DNA from: an uncultured Rhodothermales bacterium
Lineage (GTDB): Bacteria > Bacteroidota > Rhodothermia > Rhodothermales > VXPQ01
Assembly (NCBI GenBank): GCA_964608315.1
Contig: CAZSNF010000007.1
Span: 5,508-69,507 of the forward strand
Direction of reading: 5' to 3'
DNA length: 64,000 nt
Shown: positions 42,001-52,201 of the stretch, one piece after another
Numbering within the stretch: position 1 is the first letter of the stretch
Layout: each line of letters opens with the position of its first letter
Notes under the pieces: generated by a model
Databases searched by the model: none
Told to the model about the DNA's origin: nothing
What the model saw: only the letters and a program-made list of their open reading frames with translations
Position numbers and translations under genes: made by a program

Positions 42001-42474
42001 GGTTTCCGTCAGATGCGCGATTACCTTGCTTTCGGTCCAGCCTCCGGCAGGCCGTCGTTTAACGACTCCATTCTCCCGAAGGGCTTCCCCGATAACGGTC
42101 ACGGGGTTATCTCGTCTGCCTACCACCGGGATGATGCGCCGCCCTTTTGCGGTTGTTTTCAGGCCCGACCGGATTTTTTTCGCAAACGCTGCGCCAAAAA
42201 TGCCGTTGGCCGATTTCTTCAAAGCGCGGTCATGGCTTAATAGCGCGCTTAACGCCACGACAAGACTCGATTTGCCGCTTCCGTAGGGCCCTGTCCACGT
42301 AAAGGCGCCTTGCCCGGTTTCGGAAACATGGCGGGCCATGTTCTCCAGTACGCGGGCGGAAGACGCCGGACATACAAAGCCTTCGAGCGCCGTCGTCTCG
42401 TTGAGATCGGCGTCGATGCGGATGGATTTGAGGAAGCGGCGGGCTATATGTACGCGGTCATTCAGCGGCATCAC
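39082..42474 (-). CDS. Large P-loop ATPase (SspC-like / BrxC-DUF499-like)
   Basis: 1130 aa. Walker A GPYGSGKSSLVVAL, Walker B region GIVLFIDEMGKFLE. GTG start overlaps the upstream stop (GTGA at 42471-42474). Confidence 0.75.
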   Translation of the reverse strand: MMPLNDRVHIARRFLKSIRIDADLNETTALEGFVCPASSARVLENMARHVSETGQGAFTWTGPYGSGKSSLVVALSALLSHDRALKKSANGIFGAAFAKKIRSGLKTTAKGRRIIPVVGRRDNPVTVIGEALRENGVVKRRPAGGWTESKVIAHLTETAASDEHDGIVLFIDEMGKFLEAAAQNNGDVYILQQLAEAASRSKGRLLIIGVLHQAFEEYAHRLSREMRDEWTKIQGRFVDLVVNAAGEEQIDLIARAIEGDPPAEVVSTLPSRAVAACAYRGRTEDITPLTDMLDACWPLHPVTTCLLGPVSRRRFGQNQRSIFGFLNSSELHGFQDFLKHAEENDLYGPDRLWDYLCVNLEPSILASPDGHRWSSAVEALERCESLGSAPLDIRLLKTIAVIDLFKERSGIIANADLLAACFPESSRKKLRDARARLRKGSFVIFKKFLEAYAVFAGSDFDIEQATQDALDDIDEVDFQSLNALAGIHPLLAKRHYHKTGVLRWFDVKIVPAHDLAEYAARFDPKSKATGRFLLAIPARGESKRQTRDLCRETAQHDTDGDTVVGVAEAPDRIVPLARELLALDKVRTYRPELAGDSVARREVSARYATVQSLLEAELHQAFDHALWFSKNEEPARYRHVALNHLASTLADRRFDKSPQLHNELLNRQKPSASAVSAQNNLLRRMALHEGTERLGIEGYPAERGLFVSMLEATGLYVQNKDAWRFRSPLDSPNDPCNLAPMWKAALKYVQEHADRTVAVSELLDLWRKPPYGVKNGLMPVFAVAFLLSQKDNLAIYREGMFRARFDDVDVECLAKRPDSIQVRWMNINGAARQLLSDMADIVRSLDYSNTLVHLKPLDVARGLVAIYDDLPQWTRRTMRLSANAKNIRDIFKRAQDPNKLLFDDIPGTFGEKVTSTDKKGLRRITKNMREGLEELVAAYPAMLHRLRDVMLAELRVPNTSRSSMDELRVRAKNIKRISGDFRIDAFVGRLSVFDGKDETFEGIASLAANKPPHTWVDPDLDRATMEIADLSRKFVRAETFAEVQGRSDKRQSMAVILPINGQATPVFKEFDIADADQTSVDEMIQTIEQTLKEVGTNRQGIILAALSEILVEMEQSVPERERKGKTKKAS

Positions 42475-43430
42475 GCAGCTCGCTTGTCGGTGGCTTGGGC
42501 GTAATCGCCCCGTATGTATTCCAGTGCTTCATGGTCTTTGATCTCCCGGGTTCGCACGAGTTGTTTCATACCTGCCGTTTCAGACCATTTGACAAGGCCA
42601 TTCGTAACCTCTTCATGAGAAATTAACAATTCCATCAGGTCGTTTTCGCCCAGTCCGAATACGCGGCCCGGCCCGCAAGGCGCGTGCGCAATCGCTTCGA
42701 AGGACAGCGTATCCGCTTTGGAATACGACTCCCAGAACTTCGCAAGCGCATAGGCGAATATGCCTTTTCCAAGGGTTGGCTTGGGGCCTCGGACAAAACG
42801 AAACTCGTCTTTTTTGTCCATGGCCTTGATCAGCCCCAGTTCGGTCAACGGGGATTCAAGTACGCCGTCGTGCCCGGCCTGACCCGTCGATTGTCGGGCG
42901 ACATAGGTGCGGATCAGGCAGGCCACATCGTTTTTTATGGTGATTTTGGATGGGTTCGGAATCCCGCGATCTCGTGCAAAGCGTTCGATTTGTGCAACCA
43001 TGGTATCCCGCTCGAATGTCACGGCAGGATAGTAACTGAATGCCCAGAGCCAGGTTGTTTTTTCCGGATGGGTCGCTATTTGCACATGGAGCAGCCAGAG
43101 CGTCGAAGGGTCTTCCATGTACGGATCCAATCCGTCCGCCCCAAACAGTATTTCGCCAAGATCCGTTGTCTGAACCGAGTTCGTTCCGGCCGGTTCTTCG
43201 ACGATTCCGATTATTCTGGCCCAGTGTCGCATGGAGGCGACCATGTTCTTGCCTACGCCGAATCGCGCAATGGCGTCGTCGCCCCAGCAAGCGGCCTTTT
43301 GATCAGGTTCTCCTTTTGTCTCGCTGACGCGGTCAAAGACCTTTTTCAGCCATCCGTAGCGCAACGGGAACGTTTCATGCCCCGAAAATCGAGGCATATA
43401 GCCCTTTTCGTATAGTGGTCCACGAGGCAT
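42471..43430 (-). CDS. DUF4007-family protein (SspB-like)
   Basis: N-terminal RFSGHETFPLRYGWLKKV is the signature recalled for DUF4007. 319 aa. First gene of the minus-strand operon. Confidence 0.8.
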   Translation of the reverse strand: MPRGPLYEKGYMPRFSGHETFPLRYGWLKKVFDRVSETKGEPDQKAACWGDDAIARFGVGKNMVASMRHWARIIGIVEEPAGTNSVQTTDLGEILFGADGLDPYMEDPSTLWLLHVQIATHPEKTTWLWAFSYYPAVTFERDTMVAQIERFARDRGIPNPSKITIKNDVACLIRTYVARQSTGQAGHDGVLESPLTELGLIKAMDKKDEFRFVRGPKPTLGKGIFAYALAKFWESYSKADTLSFEAIAHAPCGPGRVFGLGENDLMELLISHEEVTNGLVKWSETAGMKQLVRTREIKDHEALEYIRGDYAQATDKRAA

Positions 43431-43760
43431 GTTTTTCCGCGAGCCGGATATATTATTACCTCCAGATACAGTACCCTACCGGACCGGAACGCCATGAGAA
43501 GGGCGGTTTCCGCCGTAGTGCGCGACATTGTCGGGAGGCAGGTCCGAAAACGCCGGGCGATACGGCGGGCGTTCTGTCAAGTAGTGCCCATGCTCCGAAA
43601 GGTCGGGATTTTTACGCTGGATTTCAACCCGCCCAGGGTCCCGCGATTGCAAAAGGCCATATTTTTCGCTTACCTTGTAATGCAGAACGCGACCGGAACC
43701 GCCGCCATAAATATATGTACAAAATATGTACAATGTTCCTCGTAGAGACGCAATTTGTTT

Positions 43761-44016
43761 AGGAACCTCTGATTAATTCTGCAAAGTTCAGAGGCTGCGC
43801 GGGACGCGCTGGCAAGGAATGACGAAGCAATGCGGCAGGCCCCGCATAATGAGGAATGACGCAGCCAGCGCGTCCCGCGCAGCCTCCCGAAGGGTGCTTC
43901 ACGTCCGCCATGCCCTGAATCCAGAGCGTTTATCGCTGATTTCAACGACGCAGTCATAACGTCCTGTGCGTGTGAACGTGAAGCGCTGATCGAAGTAGAA
44001 TTAATCAGAGGTTCCT
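43761..44016 (+). repeat. Structured ~256-nt repeat, copy 1 (candidate ncRNA or MITE-like element)
   Basis: Perfect 20-bp terminal inverted repeat (43761-43780 / 43997-44016). Perfect 23-bp internal hairpin (43791-43813 / 43864-43886) with an apical ATGCGG/CCGCAT stem. Long-range pairing 43895-43904 / 43976-43985. About 80% identical to copy 2. Confidence 0.8.
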
Positions 44017-44034
44017 TTATTCCGCCCCTGATCC

Positions 44035-45222
44035 ATGCCCGCCGCGAACCCCATCTACCTGGATCACCAAGCCACCACGCCGATCCATCCGGACGTGCTG
44101 GCCGCCATGCAGCCCTGGTTTGCGGAGGCGTTCGGCAATCCGCATTCGTCGGATCATGTGCTCGGCTGGCGATCTTCTCAAGCTGTCGATGAGGCAGCGG
44201 AGCAGGTGGCGAGGTTGATCGGCGCGGACGCCGACGAAATCATCTTTACGTCGGGGGCCACCGAATCCAACAACATGGCGTTGCTTGGATTGGCCCGCCG
44301 CGCCGCAGGGAGCGAACGCCGCCGCGTGTTGCTGAGCGCCATTGAGCACAAATCCGTGCTCGCCGCAGGAAGGGCGATAGAGGAACAGTTGGGTTTTGTC
44401 GTCGAGCATATCCCGGTAGATCGGGAAGGGTTCATCGACATGGAAGCGTTTCTCGACGCGCTGGACGAGGATGTGCTTGTCGTGTCCGTCATGGCCGTGA
44501 ATAATGAAATCGGGACGGTGCAGGATGTGGAGCGGATTGCAAAAGCGGCAAGGGCGTACGGGGCGGTTTTCCATTGCGACGCCGGGCAGGCGCCTATCGC
44601 CATATCCATGGACGGCTTTGCGCAGATCGCGGACATGGCGAGTCTTTCCGCGCACAAGATGTACGGCCCGAAAGGAATCGGGGCCTTGTACTTGTCCCAT
44701 GAGGTGCAGCCGCGCATCGAACCGTTGATCTACGGAGGCGGTCAGCAGCATGGATTGCGGTCGGGCACGACGCCAGTTCCTTTGTGCGTGGGCATGGGGG
44801 CGGCGGCAGGGATGCTGCGCACGGAAGAGATTGCTGAAAAACGTTCGAAGTTGGCTCGTCGCCGCAATGCGTTCGTGGAGCGGCTTCGCCGCTCGTCGTG
44901 GCCTGTCGTACTCAACGGCCCCTGGTCGCTGGCTCGCCATCCCGGCAACGCGAATATCCGTTTTCCCGGGTTTTCGGCGCACGACATACTCGCTGCCTTG
45001 CAACCGAATCTGGCGGCCTCGACCGGTTCTGCGTGCACGTCGGGTACGCCGGAGCCGTCCCATGTGCTCAAGGCCATTGGCCTTTCCGGCGACGAGGCGG
45101 AATCTTCCATTCGCTTCAGCCTCGGTTTCGACACCAGCGACCACGAAGTGGAATCGGCGGCGGAGTTGATCGAAGCCGCCCTGAAAAAACTCGCCGCAGT
45201 CGAGCAATTCGACCTTGTTTGA
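44035..45222 (+). CDS. Class V aminotransferase cysteine desulfurase (NifS/IscS; DndA/SspA-like)
   Basis: 395 aa. IYLDHQATTP N-terminus, PLP-Lys motif SLSAHKMYGPKGIGALY, catalytic Cys loop STGSACTSG. Confidence 0.9.
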   Translation: MPAANPIYLDHQATTPIHPDVLAAMQPWFAEAFGNPHSSDHVLGWRSSQAVDEAAEQVARLIGADADEIIFTSGATESNNMALLGLARRAAGSERRRVLLSAIEHKSVLAAGRAIEEQLGFVVEHIPVDREGFIDMEAFLDALDEDVLVVSVMAVNNEIGTVQDVERIAKAARAYGAVFHCDAGQAPIAISMDGFAQIADMASLSAHKMYGPKGIGALYLSHEVQPRIEPLIYGGGQQHGLRSGTTPVPLCVGMGAAAGMLRTEEIAEKRSKLARRRNAFVERLRRSSWPVVLNGPWSLARHPGNANIRFPGFSAHDILAALQPNLAASTGSACTSGTPEPSHVLKAIGLSGDEAESSIRFSLGFDTSDHEVESAAELIEAALKKLAAVEQFDLV

Positions 45223-45240
45223 GAAGATTTCACCTGCCCG

Positions 45241-45284
45241 CCTTAAAAATTTAAGTCCAAAAAATTAGACTTAAAAAATTAAGG
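45241..45284. repeat. AT-only paired motif CCTTAAAAATTTAAGTC / GACTTAAAAAATTAAGG
   Basis: Two CTTAA..TTAAG-type near-palindromes 28 nt apart, abutting the start of repeat copy 2. Related motifs occur at 56941-56987, 57251-57265 and 57378-57429. Confidence 0.6.
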
Positions 45285-45539
45285 ATGCTCTGATCAAATG
45301 TGCAAAGTTCAGAGGCTGCGAGAGGTGCGCTGGCAAGGAATGACGAAGCAATGTGGCAGGTTCCACATAATGAGGAATGACACAGCCAGAGTGCCTCTCG
45401 CAGCCTCCCGAAGGGCGCTTCACGTCCGCCATGCACCGAATCCGCAGCGTTTACCGCTGATTTCAACGAGGCCGGCACAGTGTCCTGTACCCACGAAACG
45501 TGAAGCGCTGATCGAAGCAGATTTGATCAGAGCATCCTT
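45281..45539 (+). repeat. Structured ~259-nt repeat, copy 2
   Basis: Terminal pairing 45281-45303 / 45517-45539 (22 of 23). Internal hairpin 45312-45334 / 45385-45407 with three compensatory pair changes and two G-T pairs relative to copy 1. Pairing 45416-45425 / 45498-45507. Confidence 0.8.
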
Positions 45540-45709
45540 AAGGCTACCCTGATTGGCGTCGCGTTTCTCAAACGGTTCGTAGTGGGCGCAGCTCCGAAAA
45601 TGCCTACTTTGCGCTGCAGCGCGTTCTGTGCGTTTTGGGGATGTGCGAGCAATCGAACCTCGGTTTGCCTGGGCGGCTGACGCCCCTGTTTTGAAAAACC
45701 AAAGAAGGC

Positions 45710-45738
45710 TTGACTGTGTTTTTGCGACGAGTTATATT
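45710..45738 (+). promoter_or_regulatory. Sigma-70-like promoter candidate (TTGACT-N17-TATATT)
   Basis: TTGACT at 45710-45715 and TATATT at 45733-45738, upstream of the low-GC small secreted/lipoprotein genes. Promoter rules for this phylum are uncertain. Confidence 0.3.
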
Positions 45739-46052
45739 ATAAGAAGTTGCCACTTTCAAGTAGGCCGGATCGTCCTGAACTATTAACTTAAATAGAGGAA
45801 AAAAATGATACTAACGTATCTTTACAGCCTTGCTTTTAATAGCTTCCATGGGTGTTGCCTATATTGCTGATGCTGCAAAACCTCCCGATTGCTCCTATGA
45901 GGCAGATGGCTGCGGGGTCAAAGGGTGGCTTAATGAAGATGGGACTGCTAATTTCGTTATGTATTGCGATGACCAAATCATCGCAATATACACGAGCCCG
46001 GCAGCAGGTTCCTGTGGTTCGTAAACCTGATCACCCGAATGAGGATATAACC

Positions 46053-46700
46053 ATGCGCAAGCTAACATCAGTCATTCTCACGGTATTGGCGCTCGTTTCA
46101 GTTACCGGATGTCAACAGACTCCTGTAGCAGAATCCAATCGAACGCTTTTCGATGAAGTTGACGCCAATCAAAATCAATCCGGGCTTGTAACATATCTTG
46201 CCCGCACTGGAGAAAAACCAGCGAACGATCCGGTGGATGAGCGATCCATTCGTTTGTACGAAAAGGCTGTTGAACCTTTGCGATATTTGACGAAAAATTA
46301 TGCAGAGGGTTCAATTTCCTTAGAGGAGTTTGATGCAGGCGCGCGTGGCATACTTGAGGGTATCGCAGGAGATGAAGGAATTATTTCTGAGGCTGAACAG
46401 TCAGTTGCACATGCTGTGCTACACGCTATCCTGACTGATCAAAGCGCTCCCCAGGAGACGATTGCCTATTATACGGATATTCTTGTTCAGAGAAAGTCTC
46501 CTCATGCCGAGGTGATTTACGAAGCTTTGGTTGCGCTTGACGGATATTGGAATGAGGAACATGTCAAGACGGCTGCTTCCGAGTCCATTATGAATGCTGA
46601 AGCATGGCTTGGCGATTCGGAAGATCGCGTACGTATTTCAGCAGACAGTCGCAGTGATATTGGTTCTGCGCTGCAGGATATGTCGCAACTTGCTGAGTAG
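46053..46700 (+). CDS. Lipoprotein, function unknown
   Basis: GAGGA sits 7 nt upstream of ATG 46053. Lipobox in MRKLTSVILTVLALVSVTGCQQ. 215 aa. Lower GC than the flanking gyrB. Confidence 0.6.
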   Translation: MRKLTSVILTVLALVSVTGCQQTPVAESNRTLFDEVDANQNQSGLVTYLARTGEKPANDPVDERSIRLYEKAVEPLRYLTKNYAEGSISLEEFDAGARGILEGIAGDEGIISEAEQSVAHAVLHAILTDQSAPQETIAYYTDILVQRKSPHAEVIYEALVALDGYWNEEHVKTAASESIMNAEAWLGDSEDRVRISADSRSDIGSALQDMSQLAE

Positions 46701-46733
46701 TTGAGGATAGAGGGTGTCCAGAAAATTGCGTGA

Positions 46734-49115
<2,382 letters not shown>

Positions 49116-49167
49116 CGCATTGGGGAAGGACGCCCAGGGAACGCACCCGGAACGCACCCGCAGCAAC

Positions 49168-50139
49168 ATGTTGGACCATTCTGATCGACAGGACGCTCCC
49201 GACGTTTCCGTGGTCGTGCCCGTGTACGACGAGGCGGATTCTCTGCCTGAACTGGCCCGGGAGATTCGGTCTGCCTGCGAAGGCGGCGGGTATCGTTTCG
49301 AGGTCTGGTTCGTGGACGACGGGTCCCGGGACGCCTCCTGGCAAGCCATAGCGCAGCTGCACGAGGAGGATTCCCGCATGGCGGGCCTGCGCTTGCGGCG
49401 CAACTACGGCAAGTCGGCGGCGCTGGCGCTCGGATTCGAGCAGGCGCGCGGAAGATATGTCGTCACGATGGACGCCGATTTGCAGGACAAGCCCGCGGAA
49501 ATTCCAAGGCTGATTGGCCGGATCGAGGAAGGATTCGACTTGGTGAGCGGCTGGAAGAAGACCCGCCGCGACCCGCTGAGCAAACGACTCCCCAGCAAAT
49601 TCTTTAACCGGGTTACGCGGATTATTTCCGGGGTTCGCCTGCACGATTTTAATTGCGGACTGAAAGCGTATCGGCGGGACGTGGTGAAAAGCGTGCGCGT
49701 CTACGGCGAACTGCACCGGTATATTCCGCTGCTCGCCAAATGGGAAGGGTATGACCGCATTTCCGAAATCCCGGTGGAGCACCGCGCGCGGCGCTACGGG
49801 CGCAGCAAGTTTGGGCTGGATCGGTTCGTCAAGGGGTTTCTGGACCTGATTTCCGTGACGTTTCTGACCCGGTTCGCGGCCCGCCCGATGCATTTTTTCG
49901 GCGCGTTCGGCACGCTGGCGTTTTTTGTCGGACTCGTGCTTTCCCTGTGGCTTTCCATCGACAAAATCGTTTTCGGAAATCCCATCGGGGACCGGCCGCT
50001 GCTGCTGTTCGGCGCGTTGATGATCGTGGTGGGGGTGCAAATGTTCACGACCGGCCTGCTTGGCGAGATGATCGTTCGGCCCCGCATGGAGCGCCCCGAT
50101 TCGTACCGCGTGATGGCCGCCTTGCCTCCGGCGGATTGA
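49168..50139 (+). CDS. Glycosyltransferase family 2 (polyprenyl-phosphate glycosyltransferase type, C-terminal TM helices)
   Basis: VSVVVPVYDEADSLPEL, DDGSRD, VVTMDADLQD motifs, plus two C-terminal TM segments. Probable start ATG 49168. Confidence 0.85.
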   Translation: MLDHSDRQDAPDVSVVVPVYDEADSLPELAREIRSACEGGGYRFEVWFVDDGSRDASWQAIAQLHEEDSRMAGLRLRRNYGKSAALALGFEQARGRYVVTMDADLQDKPAEIPRLIGRIEEGFDLVSGWKKTRRDPLSKRLPSKFFNRVTRIISGVRLHDFNCGLKAYRRDVVKSVRVYGELHRYIPLLAKWEGYDRISEIPVEHRARRYGRSKFGLDRFVKGFLDLISVTFLTRFAARPMHFFGAFGTLAFFVGLVLSLWLSIDKIVFGNPIGDRPLLLFGALMIVVGVQMFTTGLLGEMIVRPRMERPDSYRVMAALPPAD

Positions 50140-50142
50140 ACC

Positions 50143-51288
50143 ATGGCTTCCGAACGCACCCGACGGCGGATCGCCCTTGTGGGGCCCGCCGCGCCATTCC
50201 GGGGAGGGATCGCGCAGTTTACCGACACGGTGGGGGCGGGGCTGCGGGATCGGGGCTGCTCGGTGTATATGGCTACGTTCCGGCGGCAGTATCCGAAGAT
50301 GCTGTTTCCCGGAACGTCGCAATTCGATGCGGCGCGGCCCCTGGCGCCGGATACCCATCGCCTGATTGATTCCATGGGGCCTGCTACGTGGATCGGAGCG
50401 GCCCGGACCATTGCGGAACAGCGCCCGGACGCTGTCGCGTTTCAGTACTGGACGCCCTTTTTCGCGCCCGCATACGGCGTTATGGCGCGGCGGCTGGCCG
50501 CGCGGGGCGTTCGGGTCGCCGCGATCGTGCATAATGTGTATCCGCACGAGCGTCGGCATGGCCTCGTTTCTCCGCTGGCGGGGTATTTTCTGAAGCGGTG
50601 CGGCGGGCTGCTGGCGCTGTCCGACGGGGTGGCCGCCGATTTGAAGGCGCTGGGCGTCGCTGCGCCCGTGCGCATGGCCCCGCATCCGGTCTACGGACAC
50701 TTTGGCGACCCGCTCCCGCGCGCGGAGGCCCGGCGGCGGCTTGGCGTCCCGGAGGACGCCGACATATTGCTTTTTTTCGGGTTCGTGCGGGCGTACAAGG
50801 GGTTGCGTACGTTGCTGCGGGCCTTGCCCCGGGTGCTGGCCCGCCGCCCTGCCGCGCGGCTTGTGGTCGCGGGCGAGTTTTACGAGGACGAACGGGCGTA
50901 CCGCGACCTGATCGCGTCGCTGGGCCTCGGGGATGCTGTGCTGGTGCGGGGAGAATATATCCCGGAAGACGAGGTGGGTTTGTATTTTTCGGCGGCGAAC
51001 CTGGTCGCGCAGCCCTACGAATCGGCCACGCAGAGCGGCGTGGTGCAGACGGCCTGGCATTTCGACCGCCCTGTGGTTACGACGGACGTGGGCGGACTGG
51101 CCGAGGCGGTTGCGGACGGCGTATCGGGGTATGTGGTTCCGCCCGGCGACCCGGACGCGCTGGCGGACGCGATCATACGCTATTTCGAAGAAGATCGGGA
51201 GGCTGCCTTTGCGGAAGGCGCGCGTCGGGAGCGGGAGCGCTTTTCCTGGGACCGCCTGCTGGATGCGCTGGAAGCCATGCTGGGATAA
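50143..51288 (+). CDS. Glycosyltransferase family 4
   Basis: 381 aa. The C-terminal ESATQSGVVQTAWHFDRPVVTTDVGGLAE region fits the GT4 E-x7-E region. Confidence 0.8.
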   Translation: MASERTRRRIALVGPAAPFRGGIAQFTDTVGAGLRDRGCSVYMATFRRQYPKMLFPGTSQFDAARPLAPDTHRLIDSMGPATWIGAARTIAEQRPDAVAFQYWTPFFAPAYGVMARRLAARGVRVAAIVHNVYPHERRHGLVSPLAGYFLKRCGGLLALSDGVAADLKALGVAAPVRMAPHPVYGHFGDPLPRAEARRRLGVPEDADILLFFGFVRAYKGLRTLLRALPRVLARRPAARLVVAGEFYEDERAYRDLIASLGLGDAVLVRGEYIPEDEVGLYFSAANLVAQPYESATQSGVVQTAWHFDRPVVTTDVGGLAEAVADGVSGYVVPPGDPDALADAIIRYFEEDREAAFAEGARRERERFSWDRLLDALEAMLG

Positions 51289-51310
51289 ATCGGATACTTT
51301 GGTGTCCCTT

Positions 51311-51333
51311 GAGGACATTCTGATCAAATCTGC
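51311..51333 (+). repeat. 5' end-like sequence of the structured-repeat family, upstream of the methyltransferase gene
   Basis: GAGGACATTCTGATCAAATCTGC resembles the copy 2 5' end AAGGATGCTCTGATCAAATGTGC. It is partly complementary (17 of 20 including one G-T) to 52209-52228. Confidence 0.5.
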
Positions 51334-51373
51334 TTCGCTCGGCGCGTCGCTTTCGCATGTAAAGGATATTCTG

Positions 51374-52201
51374 ATGGAATACGATCCGATCAAGGATTCG
51401 CTGGGGAAATTTTTCCGCATCCATCCCGTGTTGCAGCGCCTGTTTTTCGCGCTGCTGCACGCCGTGTTCTTGCGGTCCTGGTACGTGCGCCGGGAAGTGC
51501 GCGCCTTGCTGAGGCCTGCGCGGACGGGGCAACCGGCGGAGGTGCTGGATGCGGGAACGGGATTCGGGCAGTATGCGGCGCATATCGTCCGGCGCTTTCC
51601 GGGCGCCCGGGTGCTGGCCGTGGACGTCAAGTTGGATTATCTCGCCGACCTGAGGCGGTTTGCAGAGCGGGCGGGGCTGCGGGATCGCATGGCGTTTCTC
51701 GAATACGACCTGACCGGCCCGCCTCTGGACCAGACGTTCGACCTGATCGTTTCGGTGGATGTGATGGAGCATATCGAGGACGACCGGACCGTTTTCCGCA
51801 ATTTTGCGCAGATGCTCCGGGAAGGAGGCCATGTCATTGTCAACACGCCTTCGGATCAGGGCGGATCGGATACGGAGGCGCACGGCGAGGAAGGATTTAT
51901 CGGCGAGCACGTGCGTCCCGGATACGGCCTTGAGGCGTTGCGGGACAAGATGGCGGAGGCGGGCCTGGAAACGGTGCGGGCCCGGTATACCTACGGGACC
52001 TTCGGTTCGATAGGCTGGCGCATTCTCGTCAAGTGGCCCATGCGCCTCTTGTCTGCGACGCGGCTGGCCTTCGCCGCGCTGCCGGCGTATTACCTTGCGG
52101 CGCTGCCCGTGGGCCTCGTCCTGAACGCGATAGATGTGCGAAGCCGCAACGAAACCGGCACGGGCCTGATTCTCGTTGCGCGCAAGAACGTGAAGCGCTG
52201 A
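51374..52201 (+). CDS. Class I SAM-dependent methyltransferase
   Basis: AAGGA sits 7 nt upstream of ATG 51374. SAM-binding motif VLDAGTGFGQYA and the DLIVSVDVMEHI region. 275 aa with C-terminal hydrophobic helices. Confidence 0.8.
   Translation: MEYDPIKDSLGKFFRIHPVLQRLFFALLHAVFLRSWYVRREVRALLRPARTGQPAEVLDAGTGFGQYAAHIVRRFPGARVLAVDVKLDYLADLRRFAERAGLRDRMAFLEYDLTGPPLDQTFDLIVSVDVMEHIEDDRTVFRNFAQMLREGGHVIVNTPSDQGGSDTEAHGEEGFIGEHVRPGYGLEALRDKMAEAGLETVRARYTYGTFGSIGWRILVKWPMRLLSATRLAFAALPAYYLAALPVGLVLNAIDVRSRNETGTGLILVARKNVKR

Noticed and set aside
43476-43733. An 85-aa minus-strand ORF upstream of, and in the same frame as, the DUF4007 gene.
   Set aside because: It is separated from the DUF4007 gene by a stop and begins at a TTG inside the TGTACA boxes. 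Third-position GC is weak (about half by hand count) and there is no recognisable motif. DUF4007 proteins normally start at the FSGHETF region.
43670-43957. Minus-strand ORFs inside both structured repeats (also 45251-45478) encode similar peptides (ASLKSA.NA.DS.HGGREAPFGRLR...).
   Set aside because: The conservation simply reflects the nucleotide repeat. Substitutions between copies fall in compensatory pairs of palindromic stems rather than at synonymous positions. One ORF runs out of the repeat into unrelated sequence.
43761-44016. A retron-like msr/msd interpretation of the structured repeat, based on its terminal inverted repeats plus a long hairpin.
   Set aside because: No reverse transcriptase gene lies in the window. 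The G-T pairs favour the plus strand, whereas retron order would fit the minus strand. This is kept only as a remote possibility.
45805-46024. Small ORFs upstream of the lipoprotein gene. One is a 21-codon Cys-rich ORF with a good GAGGA RBS (MILTYLYSLAFNSFHGCCLYC). The other is the 64-aa ORF 45830-46024 in another frame, which could together form a signal peptide plus a Cys-containing domain if frameshifted.
   Set aside because: The start is ambiguous (TTG, no RBS) and the frames conflict. There is not enough evidence to call either ORF or a frameshift.
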